A stretch of 38,088 bases of DNA from Macrostomum lignano (Eukaryota), in contig NIVC01004687.1 in assembly GCA_002269645.1 (NCBI GenBank), positions 1 to 38,088 of the forward strand, written 5' to 3'. The translations under genes were made by a program, and so were the position numbers. The notes beneath the pieces were generated by a model, which was given only the letters and a program-made list of their open reading frames with translations, was not told the origin of the DNA and searched no databases. Positions within the stretch are counted from its first letter, which is position 1; each line of letters begins with the position of its first letter. This document shows positions 12,861 to 24,028 of this stretch, in pieces.

Positions 12861-13554
12861 GCTTCTATAAGTCACTGTCATTTAGTTTATATTTAAATGA
12901 AAGTTATATAGCACAGGAGTAAAAATCAATCTCAACAAATAAAATTTGCAAGAGTGGCAACACTGATCACCACCTAGCATTGCTCAACTTTGGCACTTGG
13001 CACTATCCTTCAGCTTAGCCCTTTTATTAGCTTTAGAAGCTTCTCTGTCACCTTTTATAAAGAAACATCCAGGCTGCCACTGTATCTTAGGAATAGGTTC
13101 TATGACCTTCCTAGGTGGTACCAACCTTTCATCTATAGCAATGCTTTGGCTATTCAAAGATTACCAAAATGGGCATCTATGCATTCCCAATATGCCTCTC
13201 AAAGACAGACTTGGAACTAAGTCAATTAAGTTGAAACCTTAAAATTTGATTAAATACATTCTGAGATAAGTATTTAAGGCCTAAATAGTAACAAACTAGC
13301 AATCTAGTGCCCCTCTTTGGGTTGCCCAATAAGCAAGGAGCAAAACTTTTTCATGGAAAAAAATTAAACAGCTGTTTTTGTAAGAACCAATTCCTTCTTA
13401 AGTTTAAAAAAATCACCTTATTCAAGTAAAATTGTCATGGGCAGATGTTTGCTATGAATCTCTTTTTTTCTAAAAATTAACAAAGAAAACAAAATAAAGC
13501 TTTCACAAAGATAACAGACATTCCCCCTATATAGAAAACAAATAACCAAGAAAG

Positions 13555-13945
13555 CAAGCATCTGCCTAGATAGCAAGCATCCTCCCAGATAACAAGTATC
13601 TCCCAGATAGCAAGAACCCCCCTTCCAAGAGTGAGCAACTGCAGATAGCAAGCATCCCTGATAGCAAGCATCCCTGATAGCAAGCATCCCTGATAGCAAG
13701 CATCCACCCAGATAGCAAGCATCCCCAGATAGCCAGCATCCCCCAGATAGCAAGCATCCCCCAGATAGCAAGTATCCCTGGATAGAAAGAATCCTTTACA
13801 TGTAGATGCACATAGCTAGTACCCCTCTCTCTCTCAAATAGCAAGTATGCCCCCTCGAGAGCAAGCATCCCCAATAGTAAGCATACTCCCCCCCCCAAAT
13901 ACAATAGCAAGCATCTTCCAGATAGCAAGCATTCATCAGACAGCA
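13555..13945. repeat. Degenerate 16-19-bp tandem repeat (GATAGCAAGCATCCC(C)(C)A)
   Basis: Repeated GATAGCAAGCATCCC core. Confidence 0.85.
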
Positions 13946-14059
13946 AATAGCTAGTGCAAATATTTCCTCCACTAAATTCAATAATCACTTTCTTAGGTAG
14001 TGGAATAATCCATGTCTCAGCCCGCACAATAATCCTCTTCATATCTAGTGCAATAACCT

Positions 14060-14290
14060 TTACTCATCAAGTGCAAAAATCAATTTCTCAGCAAGTGCAA
14101 TAGTCCCTTTCTAAGCTAGTGCGATAATCTTTGGCTTGTCAAGTGCAATAATCCTTGGCTTATCAAGTGCAATAGTCCTTGGTTTATCAAATGCAATAGT
14201 CCTTTGCTTATCAAGTGCAATAATCCTTGATTTATCAAGTGCAGTAATCTGTGGCTTATCAAATGCAATAATCCTTGGCTTATCAAATGA
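14060..14290. repeat. 24-bp tandem repeat (CTTATCAAGTGCAATAATCCTTGG)
   Basis: About 9 diverged units. The antisense ORF has an 8-aa period (LLHLISQG). Confidence 0.85.
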
Positions 14291-14769
14291 TAAATAGTAA
14301 CAAATATTATATGAAACAATAATAAATATATTAAGATAATATATTATATTTTTAGATGCAATAACTAAAGAATTAAAGATTCAACAAAAAGCCATAAAAA
14401 TTGTGAGTAAAAAGTTATATCTATATTTTTAAGAAAGATTAAAAACAAAATCAAATAAAACACTTCAAGTAGAAAATACTGTATAAATTATAAAATAGAA
14501 AGCCTAGAAGTTATAAACAGGTTTATTTAAGTATATCCTATTATGTCTAATACTTTGGCACTAGATATTAGCATTCTTTCATCTATAATACCTGCATTTT
14601 GTGTCAAAAATTTATACCTTATAGAAAATAGTAAGAAATGGAAGTCTTACAAATAAAAAACTAGAGGTTATATCACGGTAGTTAAGACAAAAGTTTGTAG
14701 AATAGGATCCTTATATTCACTTTTGTTTTATAATGCCTATAATTATAGATGATCATTTAGAGTATTATA

Positions 14770-15980
14770 CGAGGGGCGTCCGGAAAGTAGTGTTACTTTT
14801 GCTTGGTGTGGACGTATGGACAGTCACACTTGCATGTGCTTGGTGTCATTTGAAAGCGGCAAGTCTCTTCTTTAAAATGACACCAATTGCAAGAGATTTG
14901 AATCTGTGCTTCAAGAGATATGGACGATTAAGTAGACAAAGGTCAGTCATAGACTTACAGAACCTCAAAAATGTCAACAGAAAACTTTTATCACGAGCGT
15001 AATTACTCTAGAAAAAAACAAAAAACGCAACAGTACAGTACAGAAGCCCTCAGATCCCCTGACGGTCCAAACCATTGACTCCTGCTTCGTTGGAGGGTCG
15101 AAGTATGGCACCCATGTCTCGTCGCCAGTTACGATCAGCTCTCGAAAGGCTTCCCATCCTCCATGTTGATTGACCAGCTCCAGGTTGTTCACACATTTCT
15201 GCTTGCGTTCCAGCTTAATGACCTCAGTGAGAAATCGTGGTACCCAACGGGCACTCAGCTTGACGTGATTCATCTTCTGCAGGCACTCGTGAACTGTGGA
15301 CTTCAGGCAATCCAATCAATCGGCCATTTCGCGAATGCTCTGGCGGCAGTCTTCATCAATCAAGTCGAGAATGCGATCCGTCAGGCTGCTGCTGTCGCGA
15401 ATTGCAGGGCGTCCGGACCTTGGCATGTCGCTCACGTCAGTTCTTCCAGCCTGAAACTCGCCCACCCACCTGCTTACTGTCATCTTGCTGACAGCATGGT
15501 CGCCATGAGCTGTGCAAAGTTGCCTGTGGATGTCAGCCGATTTGGTTCCGGAGCTCCAAAGTGTAAAGATGGCATGTCGCTGCCCACTCTTCGAATGCAC
15601 ATCATTTGCAGTTCACAATTGAAAATTTAATGTCAATAAACTTTGCAGGCGCAGCAGAAGCAGTTTTACAAGTCTCGTAGTTTTATGAAACAGCCCGTCT
15701 CGTTCACTGCATCACATTTGGCCATAGACAGCCCATGATTACGAAAAAATCGATAAACGTAAAAGTTTTCTGTTGACATTTTTGAGGTTCTGTAAGTCTA
15801 TGACTGACCTTTCTCTACTTAATCGTCCATATCTCTTGAAGCACAGATTCAAATCTCTTGCAATTGGTGTCATTTTAAAGAAGAGACTTGCCGCTTTCAA
15901 ATGACACCAAGCACATGCAAGTGTGACTGTCCATACGTCCACACCAAGCAAAAGTAACACTACTTTCCGGACGCCCCTCG
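14770..15980 (-). mobile_element. Mariner-like DNA transposon (1211 bp) with 221-bp TIRs, internally deleted
   Basis: TA TSD at 14768-69 and 15981-82. Inverted repeats 14770-14990 and 15760-15980 start CGAGGGGCGTCCGGAAAGT and show one mismatch seen by eye. A transposase remnant lies inside. Confidence 0.92.
15050..15605 (-). pseudogene. Truncated mariner transposase (HTH domains plus first catalytic Asp)
   Basis: Motifs VSRW..EF.AGRTDVSDMPRSGRP, KLSARWVPRFLT and IVTGDETWV.YFDP.TKQESMVW. There is an in-frame TGA at 15316-18 (likely CGA>TGA). The ATG at 15603-05 is one base out of frame, and the rest of the DD(34)D domain is absent. Confidence 0.88.
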
Positions 15981-16300
15981 TATTATGATTATAAAAGTGA
16001 GGATACAAATTTTAAGTCCAATAAGTTGAGCAAAACTCTTTAAGTTTCTTATTGGACACTGTCTCAATCAATGTCAAAAGGATAGTTATTGGAATGAACA
16101 AGCAAAAGTTATTAGAGGGTACTATAGCTATAGTTTCTAAAAGAAAACAATAAAGACATTAGTGCAAAATTTAATAGTAAATGAACTACACATTAGGCCA
16201 TGCATATGAAACCCCAAGTTGGCACCCCTTCAATTTTATTTTATGATATATTATATAACAAACTATAACAAACTATATATATTATATAACAAACTATTTA

Positions 16301-16480
16301 TCTCTACATATAAAAATCAAAACTCTGTCTATCTGGGTGTCTGTCTGTCTGCCTGTGGACAATTTTGATCGCTATGGACTCCCAAATCACTTAACCAAAT
16401 TACACCAAACTTTACACCCACCCTAAACTTACTACGGAGAATGTCTTAGGCTTCCTTTAAATTTCCTAGATTCAAGTCTT
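16301..16480 (+). mobile_element. Helitron-like 5' end (non-autonomous), followed by a GA-rich tract 16515-16885
   Basis: A|TC start then TACATATAAAAATC..., a (TGTC)n microsatellite and AACCAAATTACACCAAACTT, which resembles typical invertebrate non-autonomous Helitron 5' ends. No hairpin/CTAG 3' end was found. Confidence 0.45.
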
Positions 16481-16936
16481 CCTACCTAAAAGTCCAAAAT
16501 ATTGCTCAAATTTTTAAAAGAGAGGGGGAAGCATAGAGAGGGGAAAGCAAAGAGAGGGGGAAAGCAGAAAGACAGGGGGGAAGCAGAGAGAGAGGGGGAA
16601 AGCAGAGAGAAATGAAGAGATAAAAGAGAAGAGAGAGAAGAGAAATGAAAGATCAGAGAGCAAATAAAGACAAGAGAGAAGAGAGGTGAAGGAAAAGACG
16701 AGCAAAGAATGGGAGAAGAAGAAAGAGAAAAGAGAAAAGAGATGTAAAAGAAGAGAAATGAGGGAAGATACGAGAGAAGAGGGGAGAGAAGAGAGAGGAA
16801 AAAGAGAAGAGAGGAGAGGAGAGAGAGCTCAGAGAAGAGAGACAAGGGATGAGAGAGAAGAGAGAAAACAGAAGAGAAGATAGAAGTTTCAAAGGATCCA
16901 AGGGATGTAGGGAGAGTCAGAGGCAGAGGCCAGAGT

Positions 16937-17910
16937 TTACTGTTGAATTTCAATGCCCTCTGTCCGAAACAGTGGAATATTGGCCTGATCCATTGTATGC
17001 TGCACAGAGCTTACTCTCTGTGTAGTTCCTGGGCTGCGTTTGATGAGGAGGTGAAAAATTTGACTAGGATTTTCAGTATGAACGGATACCCAAAAAATCT
17101 CATTAGTCGGTTGATTTTCAAGTTTGTCACTAATAAGGTTACTGGCAGACTGCAACAGAATCATAGTAAAAAGCCGGATGACCCCGTGATGATCTTGCTG
17201 TTCTATGGTATCCCATCTATCTTGTTGAAAAAGAAGCTTGAGAGATCTTTTCGGAAATGGTACAACACTCCGATTAGGATTGTCTTTCGCACTGCCAAGG
17301 TGGGTCAATTTGTCAGCAATCTCAAGTCCCGTGTTCCTCGTGCTCTAGTTGCAGGTGTCGTCTATAAATTTTGTTGTTCTGAAGATCAGAATATCTCTTA
17401 CGTGGGAAAAACCAAAAGACACCTGCACACCAGAGTTAGGGAGCATTGGCTGAAAAAATCTGCTATCCAGGACCACCATCTGGAATGCAAGGGCTGCTGT
17501 GACAGAGAACAGATTGAATTGTTTAAAATTATCAACCGTGCTAACTCTGAATTCAAGCTTAGCATTCTTGAAGCGCTGCACATCAAAGCTCAAAATCCCA
17601 GTCTCAATGTGCAATTGCTACATAGTGGTGCGGGCCACCTTCTTAGGGTGTTTTGAGTTTGACTATTTTTTGTTGCGCGTACATTTGTTTTTTACATCTG
17701 TTTGCCTTCTCTCTCTCTCCCTCTCTCATTATTCTCACTTAACTCCAACCCCTAATTTTTTATGTTTTTCGTACATTGGTTACCCTCCCGTTTTCAATTT
17801 GACACTTGAGATAGTACAATCGTTTGCTTATTTATATTGAGTGTTTCGTTCAGTGATAAAATAAACCCTGACGACGGCCCTAGTGGGTTGAAACGCGTTG
17901 GTTTTCGCCA
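16937..17910 (+). mobile_element. 5'-truncated Penelope-like retroelement (RT thumb/linker + GIY-YIG endonuclease + 3' pLTR)
   Basis: The ORF to 17656 contains LNFNALCP..WNIGLIHCMLHRAYSLCSS, NGYP, GVVYKFCC....SYVGKTKRHLHTRVREH, AIQDH and LEALHIKAQNPSLNVQ, with no RT catalytic core. A hammerhead motif lies in the 3' end. Confidence 0.9.
17863..17904 (+). ncRNA. Minimal type I hammerhead ribozyme motif (Penelope-associated)
   Basis: Stem I AAACC/GGTTT, core CTGACGA (17868-74), one extra C, stem II GGCCC-TAGT-GGGTT, GAAA, palindromic ACGCGT stem III. Predicted cleavage after GUU at 17899. Confidence 0.7.
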
Positions 17911-19333
17911 TAAATGTTGATCTTAAGCTTTATTTATATGATATCAAAATTGTCTACTTTATACGTAACATACATAGTATAGACTAGGTATAGCAATAAG
18001 CCAAATGAAAGTTACATTATGATTTATTTTCTGATTTTTCGACTCTGTATGTTAGAGTCTTAAATAAGACTTAAGTCAAGACAACAAAAAAATCAGATTT
18101 AGGATTTAGCATATCAAACTCATATTCATGATTCAGAATCATAGCACTTGTACTTTAATTAGCTTTACTACTGTATTCAATATTTCTTAATAAAAATCTA
18201 GCTAGCATTATAAAAAATACTTTTTAATGTAATTACCTTATTTCCTTCCTCTTAATTGTCCCACGTTTAATTGCCCAAAAACTTAAATTTTTTCAAACAC
18301 GACCTTTTGGATAAAAGTAATACAAACAGTATAATACTGTTACTTATAGTAAAGGTTAACATGTTTATATCCCAACATGTTTTCTCATAGTATTACTCAA
18401 CTTAATTTAATTTTTAAGCATAATGTTTGTTTTAATGTGGCAATTTATTTAAACGTAGAACTTTAGGTGATTTTGTCCGAGGCATCCTAGGACCTAGTAT
18501 TGATTGACTGGTTAATCAGAAACCTACTGTACTGACTGACGAGATAGAATTGATGAATAAAAAGGAAAAGGCTTTTCAAATAAGTCTAGGCAATCTCCTA
18601 GTCCTAGTTTACTGCATTAAATTATTAAGGTCATTATAAAGTGGTATTCTTTCGGAGGACGTCATTACTTAACTTACCATTTTCGGTAGACGATCACGAT
18701 TGAAATTTGTCCCTGTTCTCTGTTTTCACTGTGTGGTGCACTGTACTAGATTCTTTTGTGCGCAGTGTGCGCATGCACCCCAAAATTTGAAATCGCACCC
18801 TGAAATTGAAAAAGTGGGTGCAGTTTAGGTGCAGTCTCATGTCATAACCTATTTCCTTTTTAAGCCTTAAAGCCTTTTTGCACTGCCTTGAAATAAGAAA
18901 AAAGAGGAATTGGGCATAGATTGCGATTTTGCGCCTTGTCTCAGTAAAAAAATATTACCCACATGCACAGGAGAAGGAAATTTCAATTCAAAAAGGAATA
19001 TTTATCCCAGATATCTAGATATCTGGATATTTAGGCCTATCCTATTCCTATACAGGAATTTCTGGCTGTAAGCCTGTATAGCAATGATCATTATGCATAT
19101 AGGGCCTACCCATATACCCTACCCATATAGAGAGAGAGAGAGGGTATAATACCATGTTCCACTTTGTAAGGCATAGATAGTTCTTATTTCTTTATACTAG
19201 ATAACTAGGCAGGCCCTAGGCCTATATAGAATTGATAGTGAGGCCTCCATGCAATGGGGCTATTTCATTCAAGATATCATGTATGACATGCAAGTAGTTT
19301 AAGGCTTAGAAAAGAAAGACAAGAGGTATTATA

Positions 19334-20612
19334 TGAAGGTTGTCATAAATTTGCTGACAACTACAAATATCAAAGAAACAAAACAAAGAACAGTTAGGCC
19401 TAATTGTCAACATTGCATTTCTCAACATAGTTGCCCCCAAGCTGCATACATTTGTGCCATCTCTCTGGCAGCTTGCTGCTGTCCTGGGTGAAGAATTCCA
19501 TGGGGTCCCTTGTACCTACTGGCTGATGGCCGAGCTGAGTGCAGAAAGGCTTCTATAGCAATGGCCACAAAGAGGCTCTTTCATTTTAGGAAACAACCAG
19601 TAGTCACTAGGGGCCAGGTCAGGAGAATAGGCAGGGTGAGGCAGCAACTTGAAGCCTAGTCTCCTGATGACATCCATAGTTGCATTGTAGGTATGCGGCC
19701 TAGCATTGTCCTACTGCAGCACAGTGCCCCTGGTGAGCCATTCCAATATTTCACAGTAGTACTGGGCATTGATGGTTCTGCCTTCAGGTAGCCACTCAAT
19801 CAGCAAGATGCCTTCTCTGTCCCAGAACACGGTGGCCATGTGCTTACCTGCTGACTATACTGCCTTGGCCTTGACTAATTGGGGTTTGTGAATAGCCTTC
19901 CAGATGCTGCTCTGCTGTTTCGTTTCCAGTTCGTAGAAGTAAAACCACATTTCATTACCAGTCACCAGGCAGCCAAGAAAGTCAGGCTCATTTTGATAGG
20001 CATTGAGCAGGTGGCAGCACATCTGGACCCTCTCTTGCAGTTGGACAAGAGTCAGCAGTTTAGGGACCCATTGTGCAACAACTTGTGTCATATGTAGATG
20101 GTCAGAGATGATGAAAAGAATGCTCTTCATTGGTATTGCCAACAAGTCCTCTAACTGCCTCAGGGTTGCTCCACAATCATCATCCAGGGTATGCTGCACA
20201 CGCTGGATATTGTCACTAGAAGTAGATGACCACGGTGCACCTAGGCAGGGAGCATCATCAACTGTCTCCTAGCCGTCCTCAAAGCACTGCACCCACTTTG
20301 ACACAGTTTGTTTTGAAGGTGCATCCTCACCAAAGATTTGCAGTAGCTTGCAATAAATATCAGCCTGCTTCTTCTGCTGCTTCCACAAACAACCAAATGA
20401 CAGTGCGCTTGGCAGCTTCACTTTTCTCTATACTGGCTAGAAGGGTGGTTTGAATGCCACTCAATTTCGGCTTTATCTCAAAAGCCAAAAGGAAGATTTT
20501 CCATAGACAATAAGATCAATGGTGCCTTAGTCTATAACAAAAATTTTGCCCCAAAGTACAAAAGAAACAGATGCTATATAAGTTTGTCAGCAAATTTATG
20601 ACACAACCCTCG
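19334..20612 (-). mobile_element. Old, decayed full-length mariner element (1279 bp)
   Basis: TA TSD at 19332-33 and 20613-14. Imperfect ~30-bp TIRs (TGAAGGTTG--TCATAAATTTGCTGACAA vs CGAGGGTTGTGTCATAAATTTGCTGACAA). Transposase relic VSKWVQCFEDG*ETVDDAP, QWVPKLLT, LVTGNEMWFYFYELETKQQSSIW. Confidence 0.85.
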
Positions 20613-22110
20613 TACTTTTCAAACTTAATCATTTCAAAGCAATTTTCATATTAAGTGATTGTCATAAAAACTAATATAATGATATAATAGGGCCTATTTA
20701 AAGTGCTAATTTATAAAACTACTAGAATTTATAATATATAAAAAACATAAAAAGATTACAAATCTCTAAAATTTTAGGCTTCATTACTTAAGCTTAGCAA
20801 GGGAACTCTTTGCTTTGCTTGAAACCACAATGGCTATCACCAAAAAGTTTTATTCTTATTACTATAATGAATTACTTATTACCAAAATTACTAAAATATC
20901 TTGTGATTGTAATTTAACCAATTATAGTCTATATATAACACAGTAGATAGTATGTAAATATGCAAAGCAAAGCATAATACCTAAGAATTGATTGAATTAT
21001 ATATAGTCATGTGTATATAAGTTGCATGTACTATATTATATGCACTTTATAGTAGAATATCTAAAAATAAGTAAACATGTTAGCAAGGCTCTCTCTAGCA
21101 AAACTAGAAACTATTTAGAGGTAAGTAAGGGTCTATTACAACTTAAACTATATATCTTTTTGGCTATAAAAATTTTCATGGCAGATAAAATAACCTAATT
21201 GGCAAACAAAATAAACAAAATGACTATGAAAATTAGTAAACAAAAAGTTAACAAATAAAATGACCACATACCTATCATTGCATTAACTTATTTTGGCTTT
21301 TTGAATCCTGATTTCTTCCTAAGCTAAAAGCCATTAAATTGAAGTTTTTTATTTTTAAACTCAATACATTAAGGTGATATATATAAACATAATATGTACT
21401 ATTAAGCATATATAGATGCCTAGGCTAGCCTAGGACTATAGTATAAAGATAAGAAGCTACATTTCTATTCAAGAGGCAAGTTTACCAAAAAAAGAAATAG
21501 AAATTTCGATAAGAGATCTTTTAATATCATTTGCCTTTCTTATATAGCTCCATTGATATAGAGCTTATGTATAAACTAATAGTCTATACTCAAAAAATAA
21601 TGTAGCACCCACTGTCCAAGTGTGGCTCTGTCTTAATCTTATAAGAATAATGAGCCTTCATTAAAGTAGAATACAATACTTTTATTATAGTTTAATATAT
21701 AGATTATATTTATAGGAAAAGCCTAGCCTAGTCAATATTGTCTCATTTTTATAAATGCTTAGATTATTTTAGAATTATTGCTTTAAAACTAAGTAGTATT
21801 GAAAACAGGAGCATCAAAAACATGCAATATTTCTTTTTCAAATTTGTTTGCCTGTGTTTCATCCTAAGCTAACATATTCAGGGCAATTACTATTGGTTCA
21901 TATTGGGTTGTAGATATTTATTGATCAATAGTGTTTAAAAAAAGAATTATAGATATTGTGCTGAAGGATCGAACAAAATCAAAGACAGTTTTAATGCAAA
22001 TTGTATGTAGTCCAAGTACAAGTCAAGTCAGTTTAGCCAGTGTAGAAAAGCAAGTATACTGTCCATCAGAGCACTTTGAGCTTATGCTCTACACCCTTAA
22101 TCATCAGCTG

Positions 22111-22176
22111 CAGTAGCGAGGTTAGTATATAGGAACTGTATCCATGCTGCAAGCGCAGTCATCAGATGCTGCTTAA
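22111..22176 (+). other. Short upstream duplicate of the ARMT1 start region (10-codon uORF 22144-22176)
   Basis: Near-identical to 22215-22283. Reads ATG CTG CAA GCG CAG TCA TCA GAT GCT GCT TAA = MLQAQSSDAA*. Confidence 0.85.
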
Positions 22177-22247
22177 TGAGATTTAAGATGGCATTATTCT
22201 ATGGCCTGTACTGTCAGTAGCGAGGTTAGTATCTAAGAACTGTATCC

Positions 22248-22982
22248 ATGCTGCAGGCGCAGTCATCAGACGCCGCTGCTCAAGTAGACAACCTGCCCGA
22301 GCCTCTATCGGCCAGATTTGTCGATTCATTCGCTTATAAAACTGTGCGCGACCGGCTGCCAGTGATCCTAGCCAAGGTGGCCGACTCAGTGTGTCGCAGA
22401 AAGTCGGAGTTTAATTCCACCAACATGGACCGAGTCAAATCCGTCATCATTGGCGGCGTCTCCCGGTTGCGCAACGAACTGCAGACAGACAAGCCGCTGC
22501 TGCCGCTGTCCGACTCCGCCTCGGACACGACCGCTTGGAATGACTACCTGGCCGAGCTGACTGAAACGCTTGGCCGAGCGCCGAGTTGGTTTAAAGAGCC
22601 CTGGCTGTATGTTGAATGCTACATGTATAGGCGGCTGCTGGAGCTGGTCAATCTAGCCGATCTGACGGTCGGCATTGATCTGTTCGCGCCCGAGAAACGG
22701 CAAAGTTTGCTTGGCTCCGCCGCGCTGGCTGCCGCTGCCGCCGAAGCCGCTCTGGCAGCCGAGGCCGAAGCAGAGGCTGCCAACGGCGCGCCTCAGCTGC
22801 GCCGGCTGCTCCGGCTCTGCCTGTCAGCCAATCTGGCCGACCTGTCGCTGTCAGCTTTGGCCGAGGCGCACCAGCTGGCCGCGGATGACGCCAACTCCTC
22901 CGGATTGATCATCCTGCTGGACCACACCGATCAGTTTGTCGACTGTTTGCGCCAGCGCGGTCCTGCTGTCGCTGTTGTGCAT
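22248..22982 (+). CDS. ARMT1: Damage-control phosphatase ARMT1/DUF89 family, exon 1
   Basis: Motifs SFAYKTVRDRLPVIL, RNELQTDKPL and PWLYVECYMYRRL. Donor CAT|GTGAGC, phase 0. Confidence 0.92.
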
Positions 22983-23085
22983 GTGAGCTCCGACTGGAAA
23001 TACTCTGCACACCTGGAGTGGAATTTGTCACTAATATATTTACACGGAATTCAAATAGGCATAGCATTCTGACTCACGCCATCAA

Positions 23086-23164
23086 CCCCTGTGTGAGCGT
23101 GTGTATGAGTGCGTGCCTGTGTACAGTATTGGCGCCTTGTGTGTAATGTGTTCAGGAGTCAGCG
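23086..23164 (+). repeat. Copy D of dispersed repeat family X, inside the ARMT1 intron
   Basis: CCCTGTGTGAG...GAGTGCGTGCCTGTGTACAGTATTGGCGCCTTG...TTCAGGAGTCAGCG. Confidence 0.65.
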
Positions 23165-23317
23165 CCGATAACTATATCGGCGTGTATTACTTCACTGTGT
23201 TATTATTATGATCCAGAGTCCCCTCCCCCCCCAAAATTCCAGGTGTGCGCATTGACGACATTTCTCGTTCTCTGAGTACGTGTTTGAGCAAGACTGAATG
23301 TACAATCATGTCCGCAG

Positions 23318-23911
23318 ATCGTGCTGGACAACGTCGGCCCGGAGCTGGTGTCGGACCTCTGCCTAGCCGAATGCCTTCTACGCGGTGGTCACGCTGGAAA
23401 AGTCCGGCTGCACACCAAAGCGGCGCCCTGGTTTGTGTCCGACGCTACTGAACTGGACTTGGCTGCCACGCTTGACTGGCTGGCCTCCGGCTCGGCCGGC
23501 CAATCATCCGTCCAGCTGGCCGAGTCGCTTCGGTCTCGCCTGTCTACCGGACAGCTATCGTCCGGTAGCGACCCGTTTTGGACAACTTGGCTAGCATTTG
23601 CCGACATGGAAACTTCGCCGCTGGGCGCAAAGCTTTATAAAAAGCTGAGCCAGGCTGACTGCGTTGTGCTCAAAGGCGATCTCAACTATCGCAAGGCCGT
23701 CAGTGATCTGGCCTGGCCGCCAACCGCACCATTGGCCAAAGCCGTCGGCCGCTTCCGTCCGGCGCCTCTGCTGTTAGTTCGCACTCTCAAATCGAACGTG
23801 GTGGCCGGTTTAGCGCCCGGACAAGCCGAGGCGGCCGACGCTCAGCATTCCGACTGGATGGTGGCCGGTAAATGCGGTGTTCTGCAGTTCCTGCCTGCGG
23901 AGAATGCTTGA
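23318..23911 (+). CDS. ARMT1: ARMT1/DUF89, exon 2 (spliced product ~442 aa)
   Basis: Acceptor tccgcag|ATC, phase 0, after a 335-nt intron. Motifs IVLDN.G.ELVSD, PWFVSD, KGDLNYRK and RTLKS. Stop at 23909-11. Confidence 0.92.
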   Translation: MVLDNVGPELVSDLCLAECLLRGGHAGKVRLHTKAAPWFVSDATELDLAATLDWLASGSAGQSSVQLAESLRSRLSTGQLSSGSDPFWTTWLAFADMETSPLGAKLYKKLSQADCVVLKGDLNYRKAVSDLAWPPTAPLAKAVGRFRPAPLLLVRTLKSNVVAGLAPGQAEAADAQHSDWMVAGKCGVLQFLPAENA

Positions 23912-24028
23912 CTTTTCCCTGGCTGACTGACTGACTGACTGACTGCTTAGTCCAGGCAAACAGATTCTAAAATGATGTACGGTAGTAGAAGAGATTTAAA
24001 AATACAGATTGGCGCAGAATTCTACAAG

